IMG/VR virus record: IMGVR_UViG_3300025122_000005
Location: 32,001-96,000 of that record
Source of the DNA: a virus
Direction: 5' to 3' (one strand)
DNA: 64,000 nt
Shown here: in pieces, positions 27,477 through 36,868 of the stretch
Layout of the letters: every line of letters begins with the position of its first letter
How positions within the stretch are numbered: the first letter of the stretch is position 1
Position numbers and translations under genes: made by a program
The notes under the pieces: model-generated
Database searches by the model: none
Told to the model about the DNA's origin: nothing
Seen by the model: only the letters and a program-made list of their open reading frames with translations

Positions 27477-27577
27477 TCGGCGCGATTTTTTACGCGAGTT
27501 TTTTTCTAAAAGACTTCTTGACAACCGTTTAAGCCTGTGCTACTATTAGGGCACATTGAATCGAAAAGGGTTTTAAA

Positions 27578-27784
27578 ATGTCGAAAGAATGGTACTACAG
27601 GTTAGGAAACCACGACGGGAAAGACGGCTTTCTATGGTCTGGTAGAATCAAATCTGATAAGGACATTACAGAAGTACAAGCGCGGAAAATGGTCCGAATT
27701 CAAGAAAGACTAAAGAGACTTCCGGCACGTACAATCGTGCTAAGTGCCGAGAATCTAACAGGAACCAAAAAAACTTTAAAATAA
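27578..27784 (+). CDS. Hypothetical early protein
   Basis: Promoter 27518-27546. Confidence 0.7.
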   Translation: MSKEWYYRLGNHDGKDGFLWSGRIKSDKDITEVQARKMVRIQERLKRLPARTIVLSAENLTGTKKTLK

Positions 27785-27885
27785 CCCTTGACTTTTCGAC
27801 CCAGTTTGATATAATGGTTGCAGAAGTTAGGGGAAGCACCCCGAAACATTAACGGCACACGTGCCAACAAATGAAAGGCTCTACC

Positions 27886-28128
27886 ATGAGCAAGCAAGAC
27901 AACGTACAAGCAACCGCCGCCCGAATCGCCGAGCTTAAGGCATTGACAGCCGAGCTTGACGCGCTCAAATCTCAGCCCCACCTTGACATTACCAAAAATG
28001 GTCATGTTGCTATTAAGGGTGTACGCAAGTTTCCGATTTGTTTCAAAGCATCCGAGCTGGAAACGGTGCTTGAAATGTTCGAGTCCGGCGCGGTGCGAGA
28101 ATTCGCCGTCTCTAGCGGCGTAATTTAA
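27886..28128 (+). CDS. Hypothetical early protein (GC-richer codons)
   Basis: Promoter 27788-27815; GAAAGG SD. Confidence 0.7.
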   Translation: MSKQDNVQATAARIAELKALTAELDALKSQPHLDITKNGHVAIKGVRKFPICFKASELETVLEMFESGAVREFAVSSGVI

Positions 28129-28147
28129 ACGATAGCAATCAACACTC

Positions 28148-28165
28148 GGCGGGTGAAAACCCGCC
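28148..28165 (+). terminator. Hairpin with GAAA tetraloop, possible terminator
   Basis: GGCGGGT-GAAA-ACCCGCC followed by CTACTTT. Confidence 0.5.
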
Positions 28166-28517
28166 CTACTTTAAACAGTTTAAAAGGTTTTAAAATGATT
28201 TTCAGGTCAGCACCCGTTGTTCGGTCTTACGTCGCTAACCGTGCCACTACTCGGCGCAGGGTCAATCGTAACAGTCCAATTTTCGCACGTGCGGTGCCTA
28301 TCTGCGGATTCTTCTGCGGGCCAGCTTTTTGCAATTGTGAGACTCAGCCCTTTTCGGTTGAGATTAAAGAAGTCAACTAAAGGTTTAAAAGTAAATGGTT
28401 TATTCACGCGATGGTCCTTAAGAAAAGAAATTTAAAATAGTGCTTGACTTTCCCACCCGATTTGATATAATGAGTGTAGAAAGTGTTAGAGAGTAACAAA
28501 AAAAGAAAGGTTCCAGA

Positions 28518-28724
28518 ATGTTCGTACAATCCAAAGACACAACAAACCCACGTCATAAAGACGGGTTAGCTATAGAGCAAAGACGCGGTGAGCGCGAAAC
28601 CCTTGTACAGTGGTCCAATGGTGATTGCCAATGGGTCACCACTTCTGAGCTTGCAGGCACAGTGCGGCTTATTGGTTCGGTCAGCAGTGGCTTTGAGTAT
28701 GACAATAATTCTGATTTAGATTAA
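28518..28724 (+). CDS. Small SH3-like early protein
   Basis: Promoter 28444-28471; GLAI...LVQWSNG. Confidence 0.7.
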   Translation: MFVQSKDTTNPRHKDGLAIEQRRGERETLVQWSNGDCQWVTTSELAGTVRLIGSVSSGFEYDNNSDLD

Positions 28725-28831
28725 TGGCAAAGAAGAGAACAAAGAAGAAAGTAACCAAAACAATTTCGAAAGCATGGCGAAAGACTAAACGAGGCTAAAG
28801 CCATACAAGGTACGATAAAGAACAAAGCGTT

Positions 28832-29039
28832 AAGTTTTTGACGGTGTACAATCCTTTAGGCGTAAAGGGTGCTAGCGGTTGAACGGTTTCGAACTTAGTA
28901 CACACGCGAATCGTCAACAACTTGACAGTCAACCATGCCGTCAAACCTTTGGCGCAGTTAGTTTATGCACGCGGTTAGCCTGAAAAGCGGGTTAACGACG
29001 CTATCAGGCAGTTTTCTAACGGTGTCAAGGGTTTGACGG
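28832..29039 (+). ncRNA. Candidate two-domain structured RNA
   Basis: Long stems with G-U pairs: 28832-28849/28898-28923 and 28938-28961/29016-29039; no credible ORF. Confidence 0.5.
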
Positions 29040-29373
29040 TCGAGGGGAGTTAACAAATTAACATGACGTGGCGCAAGCTATTAATAGCAATATTCACCGC
29101 ATCGGCAATGATTGCCGCAGGTGCTTTTATTTACTGGTGTTTAGGTCCAACGGAGTTTAAATCGTGAAGCTACACAAATCGGACGCTCTCTTAATTATCA
29201 CGAGTCTTTCGCTTTTCGGCATGCTCGCGTACCTTTGCTTTGTACGCTAGGAAATGGCCGAGAACAAAAGAAATAAAAAGTTAAAATATCCCTTGACTTT
29301 TGCAGCAGGTTTGATATAATGGGTATACAAGGTTAGGGAATCAACCCTGACCATTCACCGCAAGGGATACAGC

Positions 29374-29628
29374 ATGCTGAACATCATCCGCAAGATACAG
29401 CAACGAACCGCCGCAATCGAATCCAAGTACAGCAAGAATGCAGCATGGCTAAACACTGCGCACGCTAGCTACCTCGACGCGGTCAACGCACCGTGCCCCA
29501 TTCCCAACGGCAACCCATGCCTCAACCTAGAGTGTCAAGGCTTTGACAGTCGCGAGCAAGACTACCGCGACATCATGAAGACGCTTGCCTTTGATGGTGC
29601 GCACGATGTCTTGACCCCCGGAAGATAA
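29374..29628 (+). CDS. Hypothetical early protein (GC-richer codons)
   Basis: Promoter 29293-29320; AAGGG SD. Confidence 0.7.
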   Translation: MLNIIRKIQQRTAAIESKYSKNAAWLNTAHASYLDAVNAPCPIPNGNPCLNLECQGFDSREQDYRDIMKTLAFDGAHDVLTPGR

Positions 29629-29671
29629 AGAAATAAAACTTTAAAAACACCTTAACCACTCTGGATCTTAA

Positions 29672-29890
29672 TTGATGCGCATCGAAGATTACAACCATGT
29701 TGAGCTGTCTATTCAATCGGCAGTATTCACCGCCTTAGAAGATACCGGTCTAGACTCCGCCGGTGCTGCCAAGTTGATTGAGGTCATGACATATGTCAAC
29801 GGCGGCACGATTGACGGTATCCGTCAAGGCTTGCGGGACTACCAAGCAAAGCTAATATTAAACGGCCGTCCGAAACCCCGAAACATATAG
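29672..29890 (+). CDS. Hypothetical protein
   Basis: ORF. Confidence 0.6.
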   Translation: MMRIEDYNHVELSIQSAVFTALEDTGLDSAGAAKLIEVMTYVNGGTIDGIRQGLRDYQAKLILNGRPKPRNI

Positions 29891-29922
29891 CTTGACAAAC
29901 AATTTTTTTTCTTGACATCTAC

Positions 29923-29952
29923 GGGGGGGTCCCCCCCCCTACCCCCCTACCC
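29923..29952. other. G7-T-C9 palindromic tract plus CCCCTA repeats at the early/late boundary
   Basis: GGGGGGGTCCCCCCCCCTACCCCCCTACCC. Confidence 0.8.
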
Positions 29953-30071
29953 TAATGTAAGTCCTATATAGATCTATCCGGTCAGGTATGGCTAGGTACA
30001 CGTTCACTATCGCCAAGAAAAAATCAGAGATTTTAAAACTAAGAAAACTAATTACAACATTGGAGGATCTC

Positions 30072-30443
30072 ATGAATATCACAAAACAAACGCTTAAGCA
30101 AATCATCAAGGAAGAGATCACAAAGTTCTTATATGAGGGTGAAGATGTATTACATCCGGAGCAGAGCAGGAAATTGCGCGCATATGCCCAGGAGATTAAC
30201 AAGGCAATTGAAGGCATGTCGCCGGACGAGGCGGGCATGTGGCTGACAGATAGAGCGAAAAGTGATGCAGCAAAGGATGCTCAGGACGACGGCGACCGGG
30301 GAGATTATTGGGAACACTACTACGATGGCAAGTACTTGAAGACATACGAAGAAGCTTATCGACAAGCCCAATCTGTAGCACTCGGTGGCGAATATATGTA
30401 TGAAACTAATTTAAACAGACGCGCTAAAAACCCCCAAAAATAA
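30072..30443 (+). CDS. Leader-bearing protein (MNITKQTLKQIIKEEI)
   Basis: GGAGG SD before ATG 30072; ACTAATTAC motif at 30047. Confidence 0.75.
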   Translation: MNITKQTLKQIIKEEITKFLYEGEDVLHPEQSRKLRAYAQEINKAIEGMSPDEAGMWLTDRAKSDAAKDAQDDGDRGDYWEHYYDGKYLKTYEEAYRQAQSVALGGEYMYETNLNRRAKNPQK

Positions 30444-30455
30444 AATGCAGAGATT

Positions 30456-31874
30456 ATGAAATTAATAATTGAAAATTGGAGAAAGTATGCAACCCAAGTA
30501 GATGAGATGGCAACCCGCGCATCTAAGGAAGGTGTAGATCTACCAGACCTCCTTGATACCCTACAGCACTACACAGTAAAGGATTTTGGTGGTCCACCAA
30601 CGCATTATATAACGTATACGAGCCTTAATAAGGTCGGCATCAATCCGGGGTCCAAATACAGTACTCCGAATGGCATATACGCATACCCTTTAACAAACTC
30701 CATATATAAATTAATTGAGAGTGGAAATCTACCGTATGCGCAAGAGAGAGAATATATATCAGTTATAACGCAAAAGGAAGGAGCGAATATGCTCACCCGA
30801 GTCACGCCGATTCATATGCCGCGACTTCTGAAAAAAATATATTCTCAGGAAGCAATCGATGCCGGTGTCGTGAAGAACCAAGAGATCATTGAGGAAATCA
30901 AAGATCACTACACACAAGGTCTAGATATCGACGTTAATCTCTTTAGTTTTCAGAAAATCGAAAAAGAAAGCCGTCACCAATACCCCTTCGGCATACTTTG
31001 GAACCTTACCCGCGTGGCATCCGACTATAACCCTAACACATGGTCTGCTTTGTTGCGATGGCTTGGCTTTGACGGTGCTTACGATTCTGGTGAGGGTATC
31101 ATTCACCCAAATGAACCAATTCAAGGAGTATTCTTCTCTAGATCTGCCTTAACCGTTGTCGAGACTTTCCCCAACAAGTATACTCCCGAACATATAAGGA
31201 TTCGCAAGAAGCAGTGGTTGAGGGCTGGAGCTAGCAAATTAGCATATACTGCATTACGAGACGAGAAATTATTTGGCCCATACCGGCAACATGAAGTCTT
31301 TAAAGATATTCGCAACACATTCATTAGAGAAATCATTGAGCATCTCTATGCCGACATACGATTGCTTACTCCGGAAAACTTTGGAGCAGTATATAACACT
31401 AAGTTCGACTGGGGATTGTCAACGATGGATGCATCGCGCTCCGATCAAGACGTTGAAGATCTCTTATATGTTTTAACCTCTGCGACCGAAAGTAACCAAT
31501 ACCGGGAGTTTTGGTATGGTTCCAAATTCTTAAACCGCGCCTTTGCTAGCTTTAGTGCCACTATAAGGGAATGGATGCGTACATGGGTACCGGGAGTACA
31601 AGGTGTTCCGGAAGGGTGGGAGCCCATGTATGCCAATTGGGATGAAAACGCTCCTAATGCCTCGAAGGGTAGAAAGGCTTATCACCGCGTCTCTAAACTG
31701 ACTGCATACGAATCATTCGGTCACGGTCTTAAGAGATTCCAAGAGGACATCAAAGAAGTATTAGATATTAGTGTTGAATTCAAAAATAAGTTTAATATTC
31801 CTAACATGTCATTAGATCAAAAGGCGGAGGAAGTTATGGCGAAGATGATGGATGACGTGGATGACGGAGAATAG
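30456..31874 (+). CDS. MKLIIENW-leader protein with a putative ADP-ribosyltransferase-like domain
   Basis: STPNGIYAYP...LGFDGAYDSG..IHPNEPIQGVFF resembles ART-like folds. Confidence 0.65.
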   Translation: MKLIIENWRKYATQVDEMATRASKEGVDLPDLLDTLQHYTVKDFGGPPTHYITYTSLNKVGINPGSKYSTPNGIYAYPLTNSIYKLIESGNLPYAQEREYISVITQKEGANMLTRVTPIHMPRLLKKIYSQEAIDAGVVKNQEIIEEIKDHYTQGLDIDVNLFSFQKIEKESRHQYPFGILWNLTRVASDYNPNTWSALLRWLGFDGAYDSGEGIIHPNEPIQGVFFSRSALTVVETFPNKYTPEHIRIRKKQWLRAGASKLAYTALRDEKLFGPYRQHEVFKDIRNTFIREIIEHLYADIRLLTPENFGAVYNTKFDWGLSTMDASRSDQDVEDLLYVLTSATESNQYREFWYGSKFLNRAFASFSATIREWMRTWVPGVQGVPEGWEPMYANWDENAPNASKGRKAYHRVSKLTAYESFGHGLKRFQEDIKEVLDISVEFKNKFNIPNMSLDQKAEEVMAKMMDDVDDGE

Positions 31875-32002
31875 TGAAAAAATTCCCGACGAAAACCCGG
31901 TTTAGAATAAAAAAAATTCGTCAAAAATCACAAAAATAAAATTTTCGAGTTTTGCGAACACATAAACTAATTATAATAGCAAATTAATGGAGAAAACCCC
32001 CC

Positions 32003-33604
32003 GTGATAATTACAAAAAACAATATTCAAAGTTTAGTGGAAAACTTAACCCTTGAAGTCCTGAGTGAAGAAGAAGAAGCCCCAATTCAAAAAATGGATGA
32101 ATTGTTTGGCATTGGTTCAAAATCCAAAATGGATAAAGCCGTGGCAGACTCCGAAGCCGAAGAAAAGGGTGCTGAAAGATACCCATTCATGAAAGACTTC
32201 TTAAAAACCGGGGACGCATCAGCCCTTAAGAAGAATAAACAAGAAGTTGTTAATCTGGTAGCGGAACTGATTAATGGCATCGATATGTCTCTTAGTGAAC
32301 TGGCAGATCTAGAAAGGAGAGACAAGGAAGAACGCGAAAAAAGAGAACGCGACCAGAAATTCAGCCCAGGGCAACCTAGTCCAGGACAATCTAGCCCAGG
32401 TCAATCCCGTACAGAGCCAGAACCAAAGTTGGGAGACGCGATTAATGATAAAGGTGAAGAAATAAAACCTGGTGAAGAAGCAAAACCTGGCGAAGAAGAA
32501 AAAGAAGCCGCTGTTGATAAAGACGCGCCACTATCCGTGATGAGAAAACAAAAGAACATTAAGACAGGTGACGGTGCTACAGAAGAAACAATTGTCGGAA
32601 AGCTAGAAAAGATGATTCCTGATCTTGGACAATCCGGAGCACAATTTCTTGCGAAATCAATTGCCAGTTATCTTAAAAAACGTGGATTACCTGTTGCTGA
32701 ATCGAACATATTGAGCACTGCCAATCTTCTTTTGGCTGAAGCTACAAATATAAGCCTACCAGTACTTGAAGAGTTAAGCCCAGAAGCCGAGAAGCAGGCT
32801 AGATCTGGAAGGGTTAAATCTTTTACGGCCGGGATTCGCAGAAACTTAAGCAAGAATCTTGCTGACGATCCCAAAAAACAAAAGAAATTTCTTTATAAAG
32901 TGATTAATCTTTCAAAACAAGGGCGTAGCGGTCTTGAACAACTTAACCAAAATCTTGGTAGTCAGTTAAATGATGAGGAAATCGCCTCTGCAGCTGGGAA
33001 GTTGCAAAAGTGGGCGACCGATGCTTTAAGTACCTGGGGCAAAGAAGGGCACGCTTCAGGAGATTCCTTCCGCGATTTACAAGCAAATATGCAAACAAAC
33101 ATTAAAAACATTAAAGCAGCTGCAAAGGACATGGACCCACTTGGGAAGGTGATCGCTCGATCTCTTGCATCGAATTACGGAAATGCAGCAAAAAATCCGG
33201 GTCTCGCGACGTTATTGTCTGATCCTAAAGGTATCGCGGGAATTAGCGCATCAATTAAACAATTGTTGCAAAAGCAATTACAACTTCGTGGAAAAGACAC
33301 TGCAGATATCCAGAATCTCATGGAACAGCTAACAATTGTTATGGGTAGTCTTTTGAAAGAAGGCGTATGGGATATAAACACGGGCGATATCGTAAAATAT
33401 AAAGAAGAACATGTCCCGAGTGACCCAGCCAAGCCTGAATATACAGAAAAGTGGGCTGCGGCTAACCTCATAGGAGGTAAAGTTGTGAGTATTAGCCGAG
33501 CCGCGAAAGGCAGAGGTGTAAATGTAGATGTTCAGTGGAACCTAGGTGGCAAGCGTATAAGCCGTATGGCTGATACAAACGCGCTTGTAAAAAAGCGGAA
33601 ATAG
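32003..33604 (+). CDS. Large virion-type protein with a C-terminal GDIV SH3-like domain
   Basis: ACTAATTATA upstream; GTG start; INTGDIVKY...VDVQW. Confidence 0.7.
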   Translation: MIITKNNIQSLVENLTLEVLSEEEEAPIQKMDELFGIGSKSKMDKAVADSEAEEKGAERYPFMKDFLKTGDASALKKNKQEVVNLVAELINGIDMSLSELADLERRDKEEREKRERDQKFSPGQPSPGQSSPGQSRTEPEPKLGDAINDKGEEIKPGEEAKPGEEEKEAAVDKDAPLSVMRKQKNIKTGDGATEETIVGKLEKMIPDLGQSGAQFLAKSIASYLKKRGLPVAESNILSTANLLLAEATNISLPVLEELSPEAEKQARSGRVKSFTAGIRRNLSKNLADDPKKQKKFLYKVINLSKQGRSGLEQLNQNLGSQLNDEEIASAAGKLQKWATDALSTWGKEGHASGDSFRDLQANMQTNIKNIKAAAKDMDPLGKVIARSLASNYGNAAKNPGLATLLSDPKGIAGISASIKQLLQKQLQLRGKDTADIQNLMEQLTIVMGSLLKEGVWDINTGDIVKYKEEHVPSDPAKPEYTEKWAAANLIGGKVVSISRAAKGRGVNVDVQWNLGGKRISRMADTNALVKKRK

Positions 33605-33691
33605 AGGAGAAAAGATGAAAATCAGTATGTCCAGATCACGTATTGCAGCTTCCTCTACTCCCACTCAACATGACGAGCCTCTTGACATATA

Positions 33692-34048
33692 GTGTTTAAA
33701 ATAATTGCCACTGCTGTTTTAAGCGTTGCTTTATTATCTCCTGTATGTTCCACTAAAAAAGTATTTGAAGAAAAAATTAAAAGTCCAAAACAAACATATG
33801 TCGTCTTTGGGGCAGATTGGTGTGAACCGTGTGTTAAACTTAAAAGACTTCTTAAAGAGGTGGAAATTGCAAAAAAGATTGTTTTCCTCGACGCTTCCAA
33901 GCCTTGGGTGGCTGATATACTGACAAAACTTGAATATCGTGGGATCCCATACACTGTTGTATATAAAGATGGGAAGCCAACTGGGGTGGTCCGGTTCGGT
34001 TTACCAGATTCTTTAATATTTCTTATTGCCAACGTTGATCCTAGCTGA
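33692..34048 (+). CDS. Secreted thioredoxin-like protein
   Basis: Signal peptide; GADWCEPC; GIPY. Confidence 0.85.
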   Translation: MFKIIATAVLSVALLSPVCSTKKVFEEKIKSPKQTYVVFGADWCEPCVKLKRLLKEVEIAKKIVFLDASKPWVADILTKLEYRGIPYTVVYKDGKPTGVVRFGLPDSLIFLIANVDPS

Positions 34049-34073
34049 TACTTAATACTAGGAGGGTCAAACT

Positions 34074-34319
34074 ATGAAAAAAATTATGTATATTATTATG
34101 TTACTAATGTTTGTTAGTTGTTCTGTTGCCGCGAAAGGAGAGGATGTTAAGATAAAGTTTTATAACTTCGAGGATCTCTTAATCGATGGAAAAGTCAAAA
34201 AGCCTCAAGTACTCTACACCGATGCCAGACAGAAGGTGAAGTTTAACCGACTACTTAAGCTTAAAAAGGATCTTATACCAAGATTAAAGGGAACAAAAAA
34301 AGATGCAACATTGAGATAA
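34074..34319 (+). CDS. CglF/GltF-like (myxobacterial gliding-motility) secreted protein
   Basis: Signal peptide; F.D..(D/E)G...KP...Y...R.K..F..L......P.L pattern as remembered for CglF. Confidence 0.6.
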   Translation: MKKIMYIIMLLMFVSCSVAAKGEDVKIKFYNFEDLLIDGKVKKPQVLYTDARQKVKFNRLLKLKKDLIPRLKGTKKDATLR

Positions 34320-34352
34320 TGACTAATTACAAGTAAAGGAAGGTGTTTTTGT

Positions 34353-35444
34353 ATGTTAATAAAAATCAATAAAAAACTGATAACAGAAAGAAAGAGGAGA
34401 ATCTCTTCTGCAAGGTCTGTTAAAATAAATATTAATAAAAAGATGTTGAAGGAGGCGAAGAACGCTTTGGACAATTTGTCAATTGCGTCCATTGATCATG
34501 AATCCAAGAATGTATATCTTTTTGAATCAAACGGCATCACAAAAACTAGTTTTAAAAGTCTTTTAGAATCGATTGATTCGAAAGAGCGCACACTAGAAGA
34601 AGCGATCCTTCTTTGGGAAAAGAATGCAATTTACCAATTAGACGAGGTTCTGCCTTTTTCTAGAATAGATGAATTCTTTGGCATTGGTTCAAAATCCAAA
34701 ATGGCTAAAGCTGTGGCAGACGTGGAATCCGGTGTCGATCCGAAAGGAAGTGCCTGGTCTGCAGTTAATTCAATTAGCGAGGCTGTTATCATGCTTTTAA
34801 TTCAGGGAAAAGATTTAATATTAAGAGCAATCCGAGGAGGTATAAGACTTTTTGCAAAAATTTTGAAACCTGTGATAGGTATTGTACGTAAAATCGTTGG
34901 GGTAGTTGGAAAATTTTGTTCGAAACATAAATTCTTGTGTAAAGTTGTGCTAGCAACATCTGTGATGTTGATTGTTTTTATGGCGATGGCTTTATTCGCT
35001 GCTGAAGCGCAAGCAAAAGTCACTTGGAAAGGACACTTACTTGACCAATCTATGGTGGATATGCTTAAAGGTGCAGTACACGATATGTCAACTCTTGGCG
35101 GTGATGTCGGTCCAGGGACCGGCCGTATGGAGATGGGAATGAAAGAAGCTATAGACGCTGCGACGTGGATAGACAAAGCCAATGCTAGTACCAATATGAT
35201 AGAGTTACAAGGATCAAAAGAAGCAGGCGGCGAAGTAATGAGCAAAATATTCCAGAAAATACTTAATGTACGCGAAGAATTAAAGACCTCGACGGATGGA
35301 TCCGCAGACGCATTCGGTGAAATATTGAATAAATGGACAGAACAAGGCAAAGGACTAATAGGACGTTACGAAGAAATAATTATTAAATATAAAGGCGGAG
35401 GAGGGTCTAGTTCTTTGTCGGGTGGTTGGAGCAGGGTAAAATAA
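34353..35444 (+). CDS. Virion/membrane-associated protein with central TM segment
   Basis: ACTAATTAC upstream; TM VVLATSVMLIVFMAMALFAA; DEFFGIGSKSKM module. Confidence 0.7.
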   Translation: MLIKINKKLITERKRRISSARSVKININKKMLKEAKNALDNLSIASIDHESKNVYLFESNGITKTSFKSLLESIDSKERTLEEAILLWEKNAIYQLDEVLPFSRIDEFFGIGSKSKMAKAVADVESGVDPKGSAWSAVNSISEAVIMLLIQGKDLILRAIRGGIRLFAKILKPVIGIVRKIVGVVGKFCSKHKFLCKVVLATSVMLIVFMAMALFAAEAQAKVTWKGHLLDQSMVDMLKGAVHDMSTLGGDVGPGTGRMEMGMKEAIDAATWIDKANASTNMIELQGSKEAGGEVMSKIFQKILNVREELKTSTDGSADAFGEILNKWTEQGKGLIGRYEEIIIKYKGGGGSSSLSGGWSRVK

Positions 35445-35482
35445 GTAAAAGAGTTTAAACATTATATAATTTAAGGTAGAAT

Positions 35483-35692
35483 TTGATTATGTGTATAATA
35501 TGTATTGACCTAGAAAAAGAAAGACTCTCCACCCAGGAAGCATTTAGAAACTTAAATGAAATGTATGACTCTCTAGAAGAGGAGCATGTAAAAGAAGTAG
35601 TAGAAATATTATTTGAAAGACTCCATTCCAGAATGAACGACGAAGATGAAGAATCAGATCTCTGGGATGGTCTGGGAAATTTCATATTTTGA
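35483..35692 (+). CDS. Hypothetical protein
   Basis: MCIICIDLEK...EAFRNLNEM. Confidence 0.65.
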   Translation: MIMCIICIDLEKERLSTQEAFRNLNEMYDSLEEEHVKEVVEILFERLHSRMNDEDEESDLWDGLGNFIF

Positions 35693-35693
35693 T

Positions 35694-36179
35694 ATGTGCG
35701 ACCTGCTAAGATTAGATTGGATATCCGGATCCGGAAAGAAAACTAATTTTGAAGAAATAATTAAAATTTCAAAACATTCTATCAAAAAAGGTTCAAAAGT
35801 TTTCATTGGATCTGACTCCTTTATAACAAAAAAGAAAGTTAATTTTGCAACCGCCATCTGTCTTTACGGTGGTGGTGCTTCTAGCAGGTATTTTTTTGCT
35901 CGTGAACACCTACCGGAAAACAACTTTAAAGTATTAGTAACCAGGATAACGGAAGAAGTTAGAAGATCCGTGGATTTAGCAGAGCATATTATGACAAACC
36001 ACAATATAAAATCTGACAATATAGAATTGCATATTGACGTTTCTCCGTTTTACATGAAAAACGGCACTTCTAAGTTCTGCGATATGTTAAGAGGATATGT
36101 AACCGGGGCCGGGTTCGAATGTCGCGTTAAACCGCAAGCCTGGGCGTCACAGTCCGTTGCTGACAAGCACTCCAAGTGA
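35694..36179 (+). CDS. RNase H-like YkuK/DUF458-family protein
   Basis: FIGSDS, RITEEVRRSVDLA, IELHIDV, KPQAWASQSVAD. Confidence 0.82.
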   Translation: MCDLLRLDWISGSGKKTNFEEIIKISKHSIKKGSKVFIGSDSFITKKKVNFATAICLYGGGASSRYFFAREHLPENNFKVLVTRITEEVRRSVDLAEHIMTNHNIKSDNIELHIDVSPFYMKNGTSKFCDMLRGYVTGAGFECRVKPQAWASQSVADKHSK

Positions 36180-36487
36180 CAAATTTAGAATTTAATCATA
36201 TTTCGTACTCAATTTCGTATAAAGAGCTGGTTTCTATGTGGGTTGATCTGTATTTCGGTACGGAAAATATTGTAGTTATTTATGATCCTGTAAATCACAT
36301 AAAGTATTTAAGGAATTTGGACATTGAACTAGACGAAATAAACCTCTATGAAGGTAAGATTTTAGCAGTACACGTAGTTGATGTTGCTGATGCTATTTTG
36401 CTGTGTGGGGAGATAGATCACACGTGTGGTCCATATGCTGAAGTGTGGTCAATGGGAGAATATATAACTGATAATATTGAAAAATAA
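36176..36487 (+). CDS. Hypothetical protein
   Basis: GTGA overlap. Confidence 0.65.
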   Translation: MTNLEFNHISYSISYKELVSMWVDLYFGTENIVVIYDPVNHIKYLRNLDIELDEINLYEGKILAVHVVDVADAILLCGEIDHTCGPYAEVWSMGEYITDNIEK

Positions 36488-36677
36488 ATTAAAGTCTTTT
36501 AAATATTTTTGGTAATATGTACGTCTTGTTGGTAAATTTTCAACCAACAAGGAGTACATTATGGATCCTGCAATAGTGTTTCTTGGACTGTCATGTGGTA
36601 TCATTTATTTAACATACCACATAACTAAAGAGGAGTCTGAAAAGTGAGAATTCTAATTACCATAGGAGGAAAAACAA

Positions 36678-36851
36678 ATGAATGAATTTATAAATTGGAT
36701 ATTAAACAAGGTTCAAAGAGAGTCGCAAGAAGAGTGGACACCCGAACCACTGCACCTAGAAGAAAACATTCGTCCAGAGGATTTGCCACCAAACGATGGA
36801 CCCTTCCCCAAGCCCCTACCCAACAAAAGAGTGATTATAATAGACATTTAA
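36678..36851 (+). CDS. 57-aa hypothetical protein (missed by the ORF track)
   Basis: AGGAGG SD; MNEFINW...KRVIIIDI. Confidence 0.65.
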   Translation: MNEFINWILNKVQRESQEEWTPEPLHLEENIRPEDLPPNDGPFPKPLPNKRVIIIDI

Positions 36852-36868
36852 GACTATTTATTAATAAC

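Larger units (their letters stand above)
27788..29320 (+). promoter_or_regulatory. Three promoters of a second subtype (-35 at 27788, 28444, 29293)
   Basis: CTTGACTTT-N-TTTGATATAATG with perfect TATAAT and 16-bp spacer. Confidence 0.85.

Noticed and set aside
29988-30071. Track start for the gene ending at 30443
   Set aside because: The SD and leader motif point to ATG 30072. Similar corrections were made for 36869, 37708, 38317, 40857, 43318, 46263, 51800 and 60636.
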